Shown: positions 52,994 to 61,993 of the stretch, piece by piece
Position numbering within the stretch: position 1 is the stretch's first letter
How the letters are laid out: each line of letters opens with the position of its first letter
Assembly: GCF_028368995.1 (NCBI RefSeq)
Contig: NZ_JAQNDL010000003.1
Location: 64,001-128,000 of the forward strand
Direction: 5' to 3'
Length of the DNA: 64,000 nucleotides
Source: Nannocystis bainbridge
Lineage (GTDB): Bacteria > Myxococcota_A > Polyangia > Nannocystales > Nannocystaceae
Translations under genes and position numbers: made by a program
The notes under the pieces: model-generated
What the model saw: only the letters and a program-made list of their open reading frames with translations
What the model was told of the DNA's origin: nothing
Database searches by the model: none

Positions 52994-54325
52994 TCAGCGG
53001 GCGAGGCAGGCCATGAAGCGTTGAAACAGTTTGCGATCGCCGCGCAGACGCAGGCGTCCGCGCATCACGGCCCACACCGGACTGTGCTTGCCGCTGGCGA
53101 TCCCGAGCCAGGTCGCGGCGTCCGCCTCGACGACGACGTCCGCCGGGTCATCCTCGTGTTCGACGATCGTCAGCTTGCCCTCGGCCACGCGGATCGTCGC
53201 CACGAACTGCTCCGCCCCGGTGAAACGAAACCGCAGCGTCGCCGCCATATCCTTCGCGCGGCCGCGCTGGAAGATCAGCGGCAGCGCGAGCACGAAGCCA
53301 CGCGCCGAATCCGGGCTCAGCCCGCTGCGGACCCGCCGGAGCCGTTTGTGCGGGAACCGCCGGGCCGCGTGAGCCTCGGCATCCGAGCCCGCGAGCACAT
53401 ACAGCGGCTCCACCTTGTCCTGCAGCGGCCGCACGACCTGGCGCAGGAAACCAGCCTTCGCGTTCAGGTAGGTGCCGAGCACATCTTCGCCGGCGGGGCA
53501 CACGGCCATGCAATAGGCGGCCTTGTAATTGGGCCCGTAGGCCAGGCTCTGCCACATCGACACCGTCTCCTTGTCGCTGACGCGCTCGCGGTAGTCCCTG
53601 CCGTCCTTGCTGTCGGCGACAGTCGCCACCCAGTCGACGAATCCGCCCATGAACTCGCGATAGTTATGAGTATTGCAGGCCGAGAAGTCGAAGTGGCCGT
53701 CCGATTGGATCGCCCCGACCGGACACGCGCTGACGCACAGCTTGCAATCGATGCACGGGTTATAGTCGATCGGCTGGGTCTCGGCGTCCACGGGCGCGTC
53801 GGTCAGGACCGTGCCGAGCAGGATGAAATTTCCGAAGCGCGGGTGGATGAGGTTGCGGTGCAGGCCCATTTGTCCGAGGCCCGCGGCGACGGCGACGACC
53901 TTGTGCGAGACGACCCAGATCCGCGCGGGCCAGCGCGCCATCTCCATCGGGAAGGCGATCGAGGGGTTGACCGCGCGGTGGCCCTTCTCGACGAGCGCGC
54001 GTGCGATCGCCTGCGCGACCTCGTCGGCGTGATCACCGGTGCGATGAAACTCCTGATTGGCGACGCTGCGGGCCGGGCTGCGCACGCTGTCGCGATTCAT
54101 GCGCACGACGAAGGCGACCAGCGTGCGCACGCCCGGTAGCGCCTCCTCGACGAAGGGCCGCTCGGTGGCGACCTCGGGGCGGTCGATGGCGACGAAGCCG
54201 ACATCGTCCGCGCCGGCAGCGAGGGCCACCTCGCGTAGCCACGCGCTGGTGATACCGACGGGGACCGGCGCCGGTCGGCTCCGGATCTGTACGACCGTCG
54301 GGTGCTCTTGAACCTTGATCGCCAT
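52994..54325 (-). CDS. QueG/reductive-dehalogenase-like 4Fe-4S protein fused to SCP2 sterol-binding domain
   Basis: SHKVVAVAAGLGQMG, HPRFG, CIDCKLCVSACP, CMAVCP; C-terminal ADVVVEADAATWLGI...MRGRLRLRGD. Confidence 0.82.
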   Translation of the reverse strand: MAIKVQEHPTVVQIRSRPAPVPVGITSAWLREVALAAGADDVGFVAIDRPEVATERPFVEEALPGVRTLVAFVVRMNRDSVRSPARSVANQEFHRTGDHADEVAQAIARALVEKGHRAVNPSIAFPMEMARWPARIWVVSHKVVAVAAGLGQMGLHRNLIHPRFGNFILLGTVLTDAPVDAETQPIDYNPCIDCKLCVSACPVGAIQSDGHFDFSACNTHNYREFMGGFVDWVATVADSKDGRDYRERVSDKETVSMWQSLAYGPNYKAAYCMAVCPAGEDVLGTYLNAKAGFLRQVVRPLQDKVEPLYVLAGSDAEAHAARRFPHKRLRRVRSGLSPDSARGFVLALPLIFQRGRAKDMAATLRFRFTGAEQFVATIRVAEGKLTIVEHEDDPADVVVEADAATWLGIASGKHSPVWAVMRGRLRLRGDRKLFQRFMACLAR

Positions 54326-54473
54326 GTTCGTCTTTCTCTCAGCCGGAGGCTCCACGCGCGTCAAGTCCACGACGCGAATGGTGGGTAGATGCGTATGAGA
54401 TGATGGTCATCATTCTATCGAGCAAAAAAAAGCCGCCGTGGCCGCTGCGACGCTCCCTGTGTGGTCGCACGGC

Positions 54474-55028
54474 TCAGCTCGGCGCCGACTCGCGCGCCGC
54501 GCGAAGGATCCGGTCGGCGAGCGCGGGGTCGTCGACGAGTCGACCGAGCACCACGGCGCCGACCATCGTCGCCGTGAGGCGCAGCGCCGCGTCACTTGGG
54601 GCCCGCGCCGACCGCCGCGGGTGGAGCTTCTTGTCGACCAATCGCAGCAGGCCGCGGGCCACCTCGGCGAAGGCCTTGCGAACGGAGGAAGGCTTGCGGC
54701 CGCCCTCGGCGCCCAGTGCCGCCAGCACGCAGCCTTGCTCGGGGTGCTCAAGATGTCCGGGCGACAAGTAGCGCTCGAGCGTCTGCCCGAGGCTGTTGCG
54801 GTCCGCGAACGTGTCCTCGGCAGTGCGGGCGGCGGCCGCGAGCACGGCCTCGGCGACCAGCTCGTCGCGGTTCTCAAAGTGCGCATAAAAGCCGCCGTGG
54901 GTGAGCCCGGCATTCTTCATGAGCGCAGGGATGCTGACACCCGACAGGCCGTCGCGGCGTAGCGCCTCCGAGGCAGCGCCGACGATCCGCTCGCGTATGG
55001 CCTCCTTGTGGCCCTCGGAGTATCGCAT
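54474..55028 (-). CDS. TetR family transcriptional regulator
   Basis: RERIVGAASEALRRDG...AGLTHGGFYAHF; GCVLAAL. Confidence 0.92.
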   Translation of the reverse strand: MRYSEGHKEAIRERIVGAASEALRRDGLSGVSIPALMKNAGLTHGGFYAHFENRDELVAEAVLAAAARTAEDTFADRNSLGQTLERYLSPGHLEHPEQGCVLAALGAEGGRKPSSVRKAFAEVARGLLRLVDKKLHPRRSARAPSDAALRLTATMVGAVVLGRLVDDPALADRILRAARESAPS

Positions 55029-55240
55029 GTTGGTCATCATACCATGACCGGCCCCGCTGACAAGCGCGAAGGTGCGGCACGTTCTTGCGCGGCACCCGCA
55101 TCCGCTGAGGTCGGCGCAGCCCGGTGTGCGGTGAGCGGGCAGTGATCGGCTGGCCGAGCGTGACGAGCGACAGGCCGGATCAACGGGATGCGCGACGACA
55201 GACAACCTGGTCCGAAGACCAGGCCCGGCAGGCACCCGAA

Positions 55241-55513
55241 GTGCAATTCGAACGCGGCGAGCTCGAGGCGGCGCGCTCGTTGTACGAAGAGTCGCGGTCC
55301 ATCATCGACGAGTTGGTGCGGTCGTTCCCGCAGAAGCTCACCGAGCTCGCGCGGCTCCGCCGGGCGCAGGGCGACCGCACGCTGGCCCTCGACGCAGCGA
55401 ACCGGGCGCGATCGATCCTCGGGGCCCTGCTCGCCAGTCCTCCCTCGCCTCTGCCGGAGTGGGAGGACTGCGCGCGACAGGTGAACGCACTCATCACCGA
55501 GCTCAATGCCTAG
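55241..55513 (+). pseudogene. C-terminal TPR fragment
   Basis: RGELEAARSLYEESRSI...QGDRTLAL; no clear N-terminus. Confidence 0.45.
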
Positions 55514-55584
55514 CCGATCGAGTCGTGCGACGCGCGCGCGGCCGCGTGCGCGGCGACCCCGCGCATCACCGCGGTCAGCACGGC

Positions 55585-55803
55585 GAGCGCTGGCGCGGGG
55601 AGCTGATCGCGGACGGTGAGGCGCTGCTGTGGGCGGCGCTGGGTCCTCGCCCGGGCCTGCGGGCGCTGCGGGCGACGATCCACGCGGTGCACGCAGATCG
55701 CCGGCGCTCGGGGGTGACCGACTGGGCGGCGATCCTGACGCTGTACGGCACGCTGCTGCTGCTGCGCGACGACCCGGTGATCCGGGTCAATCGGGCGCGG
55801 GCG
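55585..55803 (+). pseudogene. Fragment of ECF sigma factor C-terminal extension (DUF6596-type)
   Basis: WRGELIADG...ATIHAVH...TDWAAILTLYGTL...PVIRVNRA. Confidence 0.6.
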
Positions 55804-55894
55804 AATTCGGGCCTGCACGGTGACCAGCTCCAGGCCGACATCAAGCTCCTGCTCGATCGCACGCGCCGGTGCCTGTGGGGCGGCCTTGTCGTCG

Positions 55895-56286
55895 CCGAGC
55901 GCTCGGGCGTCGTCGCGGAGCGTGTCATGGTCATTCAGGTCTTCGTAGCCGCACAGAAGGCCCAGCACACGCTGCGCCAGCAGCTCCTCGACGGTGTGCT
56001 CGATGCGGCTCGGGTCGCGGTGGTCCCGGAAGCAGGACGCGAACCTTCGAAACACACCTGAGCTCTTGGTCAGCTCGCGCAGCAGCAGCAAACCGCCGTC
56101 CGAGCTGACCCGTCCGGCGTCGAACGCAGCCTCGACCCGGCGGCGTCCGGCAGGTTGAAAATCGAACTCGGCGCGGATACACCTTGTCGTGTTCCGGCCG
56201 TACCCCTGGGTGGCCAGCAATCGTTTCACACCCGCTCAAACTCGGGAAGTACGGCCGGAATTCCTTACCGTGGTGAGAAATCCGGG
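55895..56286 (-). mobile_element. IS1380-family IS, left end plus 5' transposase fragment
   Basis: VEAAFDAGRVSSDGGLLLL...DHRDPSRIEH...QRVLGLLCGYEDLNDHDTLRDD; end CCCGGATTTCTCACC preceded by CTAG. Confidence 0.88.
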
Positions 56287-58686
56287 CTAGCGCCGGGGCC
56301 CGAGGTTCGTGCGGACCAGCAATTGCGAGAAACTCTCGAGGAACTCCTGCTTCGAGATGTTGTTGTCGCGGCTGATGTCGCTCGAGCGCAGGAACTCGTG
56401 GATCTCCTCGTCGGCGTAGCCCATCGCCCGGAACTTCGCCTCGACCTCGGCGCGGTCGAGCTGGCCGTCATTGTTGGCGTCGATCTCCTCGAACACCTGG
56501 GCCATCGAGTCGCGGAAAAGCGCCCGCGAGATGCCGCGGCGGAACTCGCGTTCGAGCATGTCGAGGAAGGTGTCGTCGCCGAAGTCGGTCAGCCACGGGT
56601 TCATCACCGTCGAGCGCAGGACCGTGACGGCGTGCCCCGGGCCCTCGACGCCGAGGCGGCGCTTGTAGCTGTCCATGAACTGCGCGCCGTAGTGCGCGTC
56701 CTCGAAGTCGGTGGTGGTCACCAGCAGCGGGTGGCCGGACGGGTCCTCGCCCGGGCGCAGGCTCAGGACCTCGTAGACGGCCTTGTTCAGGCGGTTCGCC
56801 TGGGCCAGGCTCGTATTCATGCGGCCGTCCGGGTGCTTGAAGTTGAAGGCGTAGGTGAGGATGTTGAGGTCGGGCCCGATCTCGGCGAACAGCGCCATCG
56901 CCTCCTCGTCGGCGAGCAGCTCCTCGGGGTCGCGGCCGTCGATCCGCCAGCGGATGAACTCGGTCTGCGCGGCGACGTCGCCGCCGGCGATCTCGGCCGG
57001 CAGGCGCGGCACGGGGACGACGACGAAGTTGTCCTCGGGGCGGGCCATGCAGAGCAGGCGGGCATAGACCCGCCGGCAGTTGAAAAGCGCCTTGCGGTGG
57101 ATGCTGCCGTAGCCGCTGCGGCTCGGGCGGATCACCTTGTGCGCCAAGAACACCGCGGCGACCGCCGCCCCGGGCTTCGAGCCCTCGACGCCGTAGATGC
57201 CGACCGAAGGCTCGTCTTGCGCGTGCAGGATGTAGGGCGCTTTGAAGGTGACCAGGTCGCGCATCGCCGCGTTGCGGTAGCAGAGGGCCCCGGCCGGGTA
57301 AGGGATGTAACCCGACTTGTGAGGGTCGACGGTGACGGAGTCGGCCTGCTGCAGCACGGCGTACTGGGTCTCGGTGTAGCGGCTGAAGCCGACCTCGGCG
57401 CGCGGCGAGGCGGGCGCGGGCTGCTTGCCGGCCGGGGCGTCGTCGTCGCGGAGGATGCTGACGTGATAGCCGCCCCACGCGGCGTCGGCGTGCACGGTGA
57501 ACTCGAGGCCCCTCTCGCGCAGTTGGTCGCGCAGCGCGAGGATCTCGCGCAGCGGATCGACGGCGCTCTCCTCGGTGCTGCCGATCACGCCGACGACCGT
57601 GTACACCGGCCGGCGCTCCGCCAGGCAGCTCAGCAAGATCCGCTCGAGATCGGGGATGCTCATGCGCGCGTTCTCGTCGAGCGGGACGTCGAGCACGTTG
57701 GCGGCGCCGATCCCGAGGATCGCGGCCGCCTTGGGGAACGAGTAGTGCTTGGTGGCCGGGACCAGGATCACCGGCGGGCTGCGCAGCTCGCCGACGTAGC
57801 GGCTGAAGAACGCGTGCATGCCCAGGCTCTGCGGCGAGACCTTCGCCAGCGCCGCAGTGATGACGTCGGGCGAGATCCCGAACTCCGCGGTGATGCGCGC
57901 CGGCAGGGCCAGGATGTCGTCGCCCTGCAGGTTGCACAGCGACCACGCGTCGAGCTCGCGCAGCAGCGCCGAAGCGCCGCCCGGCCCCCGCACGCGCAGC
58001 TCGCTCGCGGCGGCCAGCGACGGGTCCTCTCGCAGCGCCGCCTGCATGGCGACCGGGTAGAGCTTGAGGTTGCGCGCCGACCAGATCGCCTCGATGTTGG
58101 CGACGGTGCCGCCGCTGGTGATGTGGCCCCACGGGCGCACCGCGCCGGCCTGGCACGCGGCCTTGTCCGGCAGCGGGTAGCCGATCATGCGGCACAGATC
58201 GTCGCCGACCAGCAGCTCGAGGATCGTCGTCGCCGTCGAGCCCTCGAAGGCGACGTTGTTGGGGTTGTAGAGCATCGCCGCGAAGTAACCGAGGACCGCC
58301 GGCATCGCGGTGTCCCAGTTCATGTGCCCCTGGTAGCGGGTGCTGAAGAACGGCATCGATTTCTTCAAGAAGCCGAGCAGCGAGCGGTAGCTGTCGGTGA
58401 GGCTGCCCATCGCCTGCACGTATTCGGGCTGGCGCTTGACCGCCTCGGTGACGAGGGTCGGATCGCCGGGGTGGAAGTTGCGGCGCCAGAACGCCTGATC
58501 GCGGATCGCCTCGACGATCAGCCGCTCGAACTCCTCCGCGTTCTCCGCCTTGGAGCCCAGGAACCACGCCTCGGGCGACGAGGTACCCGGGCCTTCGAGG
58601 TAGGGGATCTCCACGTGTTGAAGGAATTGATCGACGGCGCCCGCAGAGACCTGGGGTCCCCGCTTTCGATTGGGTCGTTGGGTCAT
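56287..58686 (-). CDS. Group II PLP-dependent decarboxylase (tyrosine decarboxylase-like) with C-terminal EF-hand pair
   Basis: YQGHM, YNPNNVAFE, GHITSGGTVAN, HADAAWGGY, DPHKSGYIPYPAG, EGSKPGA; EF loops DANNDGQLDRAE and DISRDNNISKQE. Confidence 0.9.
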   Translation of the reverse strand: MTQRPNRKRGPQVSAGAVDQFLQHVEIPYLEGPGTSSPEAWFLGSKAENAEEFERLIVEAIRDQAFWRRNFHPGDPTLVTEAVKRQPEYVQAMGSLTDSYRSLLGFLKKSMPFFSTRYQGHMNWDTAMPAVLGYFAAMLYNPNNVAFEGSTATTILELLVGDDLCRMIGYPLPDKAACQAGAVRPWGHITSGGTVANIEAIWSARNLKLYPVAMQAALREDPSLAAASELRVRGPGGASALLRELDAWSLCNLQGDDILALPARITAEFGISPDVITAALAKVSPQSLGMHAFFSRYVGELRSPPVILVPATKHYSFPKAAAILGIGAANVLDVPLDENARMSIPDLERILLSCLAERRPVYTVVGVIGSTEESAVDPLREILALRDQLRERGLEFTVHADAAWGGYHVSILRDDDAPAGKQPAPASPRAEVGFSRYTETQYAVLQQADSVTVDPHKSGYIPYPAGALCYRNAAMRDLVTFKAPYILHAQDEPSVGIYGVEGSKPGAAVAAVFLAHKVIRPSRSGYGSIHRKALFNCRRVYARLLCMARPEDNFVVVPVPRLPAEIAGGDVAAQTEFIRWRIDGRDPEELLADEEAMALFAEIGPDLNILTYAFNFKHPDGRMNTSLAQANRLNKAVYEVLSLRPGEDPSGHPLLVTTTDFEDAHYGAQFMDSYKRRLGVEGPGHAVTVLRSTVMNPWLTDFGDDTFLDMLEREFRRGISRALFRDSMAQVFEEIDANNDGQLDRAEVEAKFRAMGYADEEIHEFLRSSDISRDNNISKQEFLESFSQLLVRTNLGPRR

Positions 58687-59018
58687 TGGAATCGCTCTCC
58701 TGGCAGGTCCGAAAATGAGGTGGGCGGAGCTTCGCACAATCGCCGCGGGGCCGGGACGGCGCGTCGCTGCGGGCGGTGATGCGCGCGCGCGAGCCCGGGG
58801 CCGGAGGCGCCCAATGGCCGGAGAGTCACCAGCGAGGCCCTGCGGTCCTCGCCGACGCGAATGCGCAGTTTCGCAGCGCTCGCCGTCGGGTCGGCCCGGC
58901 CCGCGATCGACGCGGATCTCAGCCGCGGCACGGCCGGGGACGCGCCCTTCGAGCGCACCTTTTTAAAAAGGCGGGGCAAGCTCGCGAAATCTTCATGGAC
59001 AGCCCCTCGCGCGCCGGC

Positions 59019-59849
59019 TCACGGCGCCGTCGCGTGGTGCATGAAATCGACGTAGGCCGTCAGCGCCTCCGCTTGCGCATAGCGGCCGTCGAGCGCCAGG
59101 CGGTCGCCGAGGGCCAGCAAGGCCCCCCACAGCATGTAGGCCCATAGCTCGCTGTCGCCGCGGCGCAGCTCCCCGGCGGCGATCGCCCGGCGCAGGCTCG
59201 GCTCCGCGTTCATCACCATGCGGTGCAGGGCCTCGCGCGCGCGCGCGGCCACCTCCGCGTCGCGCCCCTGCGCGGCCGCTCCGAGCAGGTTCGTCAGCGT
59301 GCGATAGCCGGCGAACCGCGACAGCACCGCCTGCGCCCGCATGCGCCCCTCGTCGATCAGCGGCGTCTGTCTCGCTGCGAGCTGCGCCCGCGTCGTCGCC
59401 GGCACCAGCGACAGGCGCAGGCGATCGAGGCACTCGACGAACAGCTCGCGCTTGCTGGCGAAATGTTGATACACCGTCGCCTTGCCGACCCCCGCCGCGC
59501 GCGCGATCGCCTGCACGTCGGCGCCCTCGAACCCGCGCTCGAGGAACAACCGGGCCGCCGCGTCGAGGATCGCCGCGCGACGATCCTCCGCGCCCTCGCG
59601 GCGCCGTCGCGGCCGCCTGGCCGGCGTCCGCGGACGCTGGCGAGTGGCCAGGCGCTCGCGGATCTCCGCCAGCCCGAGCCCCTGGGCCCGCAGCCCCTTG
59701 ATCTCGCGCAGCCGCGCCACGTGCTCGTCGCCGAAGTGGTGGAGCCGCGGACCCAGAGTTTCGGGCCGCGGCAGCAGACCGAGGTCGAGGTAGTGGTGGA
59801 TGGTCGAGCGATGCGTGCCGCTGACCCGTGAAAGCTCCGCGATCTTCAT
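59019..59849 (-). CDS. MerR-HTH / TetR fusion regulator
   Basis: MKIAELSRVSG...IHHYLDLGLLPRP (MerR) then ILDAAARLFLERGF...IARAAGVGKATVYQHF (TetR). Confidence 0.88.
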   Translation of the reverse strand: MKIAELSRVSGTHRSTIHHYLDLGLLPRPETLGPRLHHFGDEHVARLREIKGLRAQGLGLAEIRERLATRQRPRTPARRPRRRREGAEDRRAAILDAAARLFLERGFEGADVQAIARAAGVGKATVYQHFASKRELFVECLDRLRLSLVPATTRAQLAARQTPLIDEGRMRAQAVLSRFAGYRTLTNLLGAAAQGRDAEVAARAREALHRMVMNAEPSLRRAIAAGELRRGDSELWAYMLWGALLALGDRLALDGRYAQAEALTAYVDFMHHATAP

Positions 59850-59980
59850 CCTCGACGCCCCTCCGCCTCGGCATGGTTTGTATTGCACAACCCTGATTTT
59901 TGTATAATGCAATTATCGCCGACACGGCGCTTCCGTGCAGCCCTGTTGTTCTCCTGACCCGACCGTGATAGCTTCGTGGC

Positions 59981-61033
59981 ATGGAGTTCTCTGCGCCGCC
60001 GCCGTGGTCATTCGCCCTCGCCCTCGCCCTCGTCGCTTGCGGGTCCACCGGCGGAGCCACGACCGACGACGCGACCGTCACCGGGGACAGCTCGTCGACC
60101 GGCGACGTCACCTCGACCTCGACCGGCACCTCCGCCCCCACCACCGGGTCCGACACCACCGGTCCTGCCGACACCACCACCACGTCGAGCACCACCGACG
60201 CGACCACCACCACGTCGAGCACCACCGAGCCCGCGACCACCACGAATGACACCACCACCGGCGATGACACCGGCGTCGGCCCGGGCTCGCGCTGCGAAGA
60301 GACGGCGACTACCATCACCTGCCCCAAGATCACCGTCGAGCTCGGCCCGTGGCAGCGCGACGTGCATTATCAGGTCCCGCTGGGTCAGCCGCCGGCGGGT
60401 GGTTGGCCGGTCGTGCTGATGTTCCAGGGCTCGTTCTTCAGCGCCGAGATCACCTGGATCGCCACCGACGACCTGCCCTTCGGCGCCTATTATCAGACCC
60501 ACGTCGTCAAGCGTTTGCTCGATCACGGCTACGCCGTCATCACCCCCGAGGCCAAGCTCGACGGCGGCACCTTCTGGGACACCAACATCCCGCCGTTTTC
60601 GCTCAACTGGGAGTCGTCGGAGGATCACCAGCTCATGCTGCTGATCTTCGCCGGCATCGCCGAGGGCGCCTTTGGCCCGCTCGACGCCGGGCGCCTGTTC
60701 GCCACCGGCATCTCGAGCGGCGGCTACATGACGAGCCGCATGGCCGTCTCCTACCCCGGCAAGTTCCGCGCCCTGGCGATCGCCGCCGGCTCGTACGCCA
60801 CCTGCTCGGGGCCGCTGTGCAGCGTGCCTGACCTCGACGACGGCCACCCGCCGACCCTGTTCCTCCACGGCGAGATCGATCTGACCGTGCCGCTCTCCAC
60901 TGCGGAGGAATACTACGACGAGCTGCTGGCCTCCGGCGTCGACGCGCGACTCGTCACCGAGCCCGGCGAGGGCCACGCGTGGATCGCCGCCTCGCCCGAA
61001 GAGGTCCAGGCCTGGTTCGACGGCCACCCCTGA
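59981..61033 (+). CDS. Lipoprotein esterase, mcl-PHA depolymerase-like
   Basis: LALVAC lipobox, Thr-rich linker, QVPLGQPPAGGWPVVLMFQGS, GISSGG, FLHG..D, GH. Confidence 0.82.
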   Translation: MEFSAPPPWSFALALALVACGSTGGATTDDATVTGDSSSTGDVTSTSTGTSAPTTGSDTTGPADTTTTSSTTDATTTTSSTTEPATTTNDTTTGDDTGVGPGSRCEETATTITCPKITVELGPWQRDVHYQVPLGQPPAGGWPVVLMFQGSFFSAEITWIATDDLPFGAYYQTHVVKRLLDHGYAVITPEAKLDGGTFWDTNIPPFSLNWESSEDHQLMLLIFAGIAEGAFGPLDAGRLFATGISSGGYMTSRMAVSYPGKFRALAIAAGSYATCSGPLCSVPDLDDGHPPTLFLHGEIDLTVPLSTAEEYYDELLASGVDARLVTEPGEGHAWIAASPEEVQAWFDGHP

Positions 61034-61044
61034 TTGTCATCACC

Positions 61045-61839
61045 ATGTTCGCCCGCAATCACGACACCCGTATCTACTACGAGCTCGGCGGCCGCGCCGA
61101 CGGCCCGCCGCTCCTGCTCCTGCGCGGCCTCACCCGCACGATCCGCCACTGGGGCCCGCTGCTCGACGACCTCGGCGCCAGCTTCCGCACCATCGCCATC
61201 GACAACCGCGGCGTCGGCCACAGCGACAAGCCGTTCGGCATCTACTCGACGCGCACCATGGCCGACGACGCCGTCGCCGTGCTCGATCACGCCGGCATCG
61301 GCGAGGCGGCCGTGTTCGGCATCTCGCTCGGCGGCGCGATCGCCCAGCAATTGGTCCTGCACCACCCGCAGCGCGTGCGGCGGCTGGTGCTCGGCTGCAC
61401 CCGCGCGAGCGGCAAGGACGGCCCGCCGGCCAGGCTCTCCACGGTCCTGAGCCTGCTGTCCCTGCTGTGGCTGCCGGAGGCCCGCGCGCTCGAGCGCTCG
61501 ACCCCGCTGGTGCTGTCGCCCGCGTTCCTGCGCGAGCACCCCGAGATCGTCGGCGAATGGCAGCAGCTCGCCGAGCAGTTCCCGACCCGCCGGCGCGCGC
61601 TGATCGGTCAGCTCGGCGCCGTCCTGCGCCACGACACCCGGGCCCGGCTCGGCACGATCGCCGTCCCGACCCTCGTCGTCAGCGGCGACGACGACCGCCT
61701 GATCGACGTCGCCTGCTCGCACGCCCTCGCAGCGGCGATCCCCGGGGCCCGGCTCGAGCTGCTGCCAGGCGCCGGCCACGACATCCCGGCCGAGCGCCCG
61801 CGCGAGGTCGCCGCGCTCCTGCGCGAGTTCTGCCTGTGA
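61045..61839 (+). CDS. Alpha/beta hydrolase
   Basis: DNRGVGHS, GISLGG, GDDD, GAGH. Confidence 0.9.
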   Translation: MFARNHDTRIYYELGGRADGPPLLLLRGLTRTIRHWGPLLDDLGASFRTIAIDNRGVGHSDKPFGIYSTRTMADDAVAVLDHAGIGEAAVFGISLGGAIAQQLVLHHPQRVRRLVLGCTRASGKDGPPARLSTVLSLLSLLWLPEARALERSTPLVLSPAFLREHPEIVGEWQQLAEQFPTRRRALIGQLGAVLRHDTRARLGTIAVPTLVVSGDDDRLIDVACSHALAAAIPGARLELLPGAGHDIPAERPREVAALLREFCL

Positions 61840-61844
61840 CGAAG

Positions 61845-61990
61845 GGACATGCCCGATCGGGCATGTCCCTTCGTTTATGCCCTCAAATACATGTCGTTCT
61901 GGACATGTTCTATCGTTCATGGCTGTCTGATGCGCTTGAGCACCACGAGAGGACATGCCCCCGAGGGCATGTCCTCTCGGCCATGTCTCT
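61845..61990. repeat. 14-bp-period palindrome array (6+3 junctions)
   Basis: CATG/TATG at 61848, 61862, 61876, 61890, 61904, 61918, then 61954, 61968, 61982; between convergent genes. Confidence 0.9.
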
Positions 61991-61993
61991 GGA

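Noticed and set aside
60050-60280. ACC/ACG-rich tandem-like repeats (also 14600-14790, 32000-32100, 62100-62220)
   Set aside because: Ordinary Thr/Ser/Asp-rich linkers of myxobacterial exported proteins.
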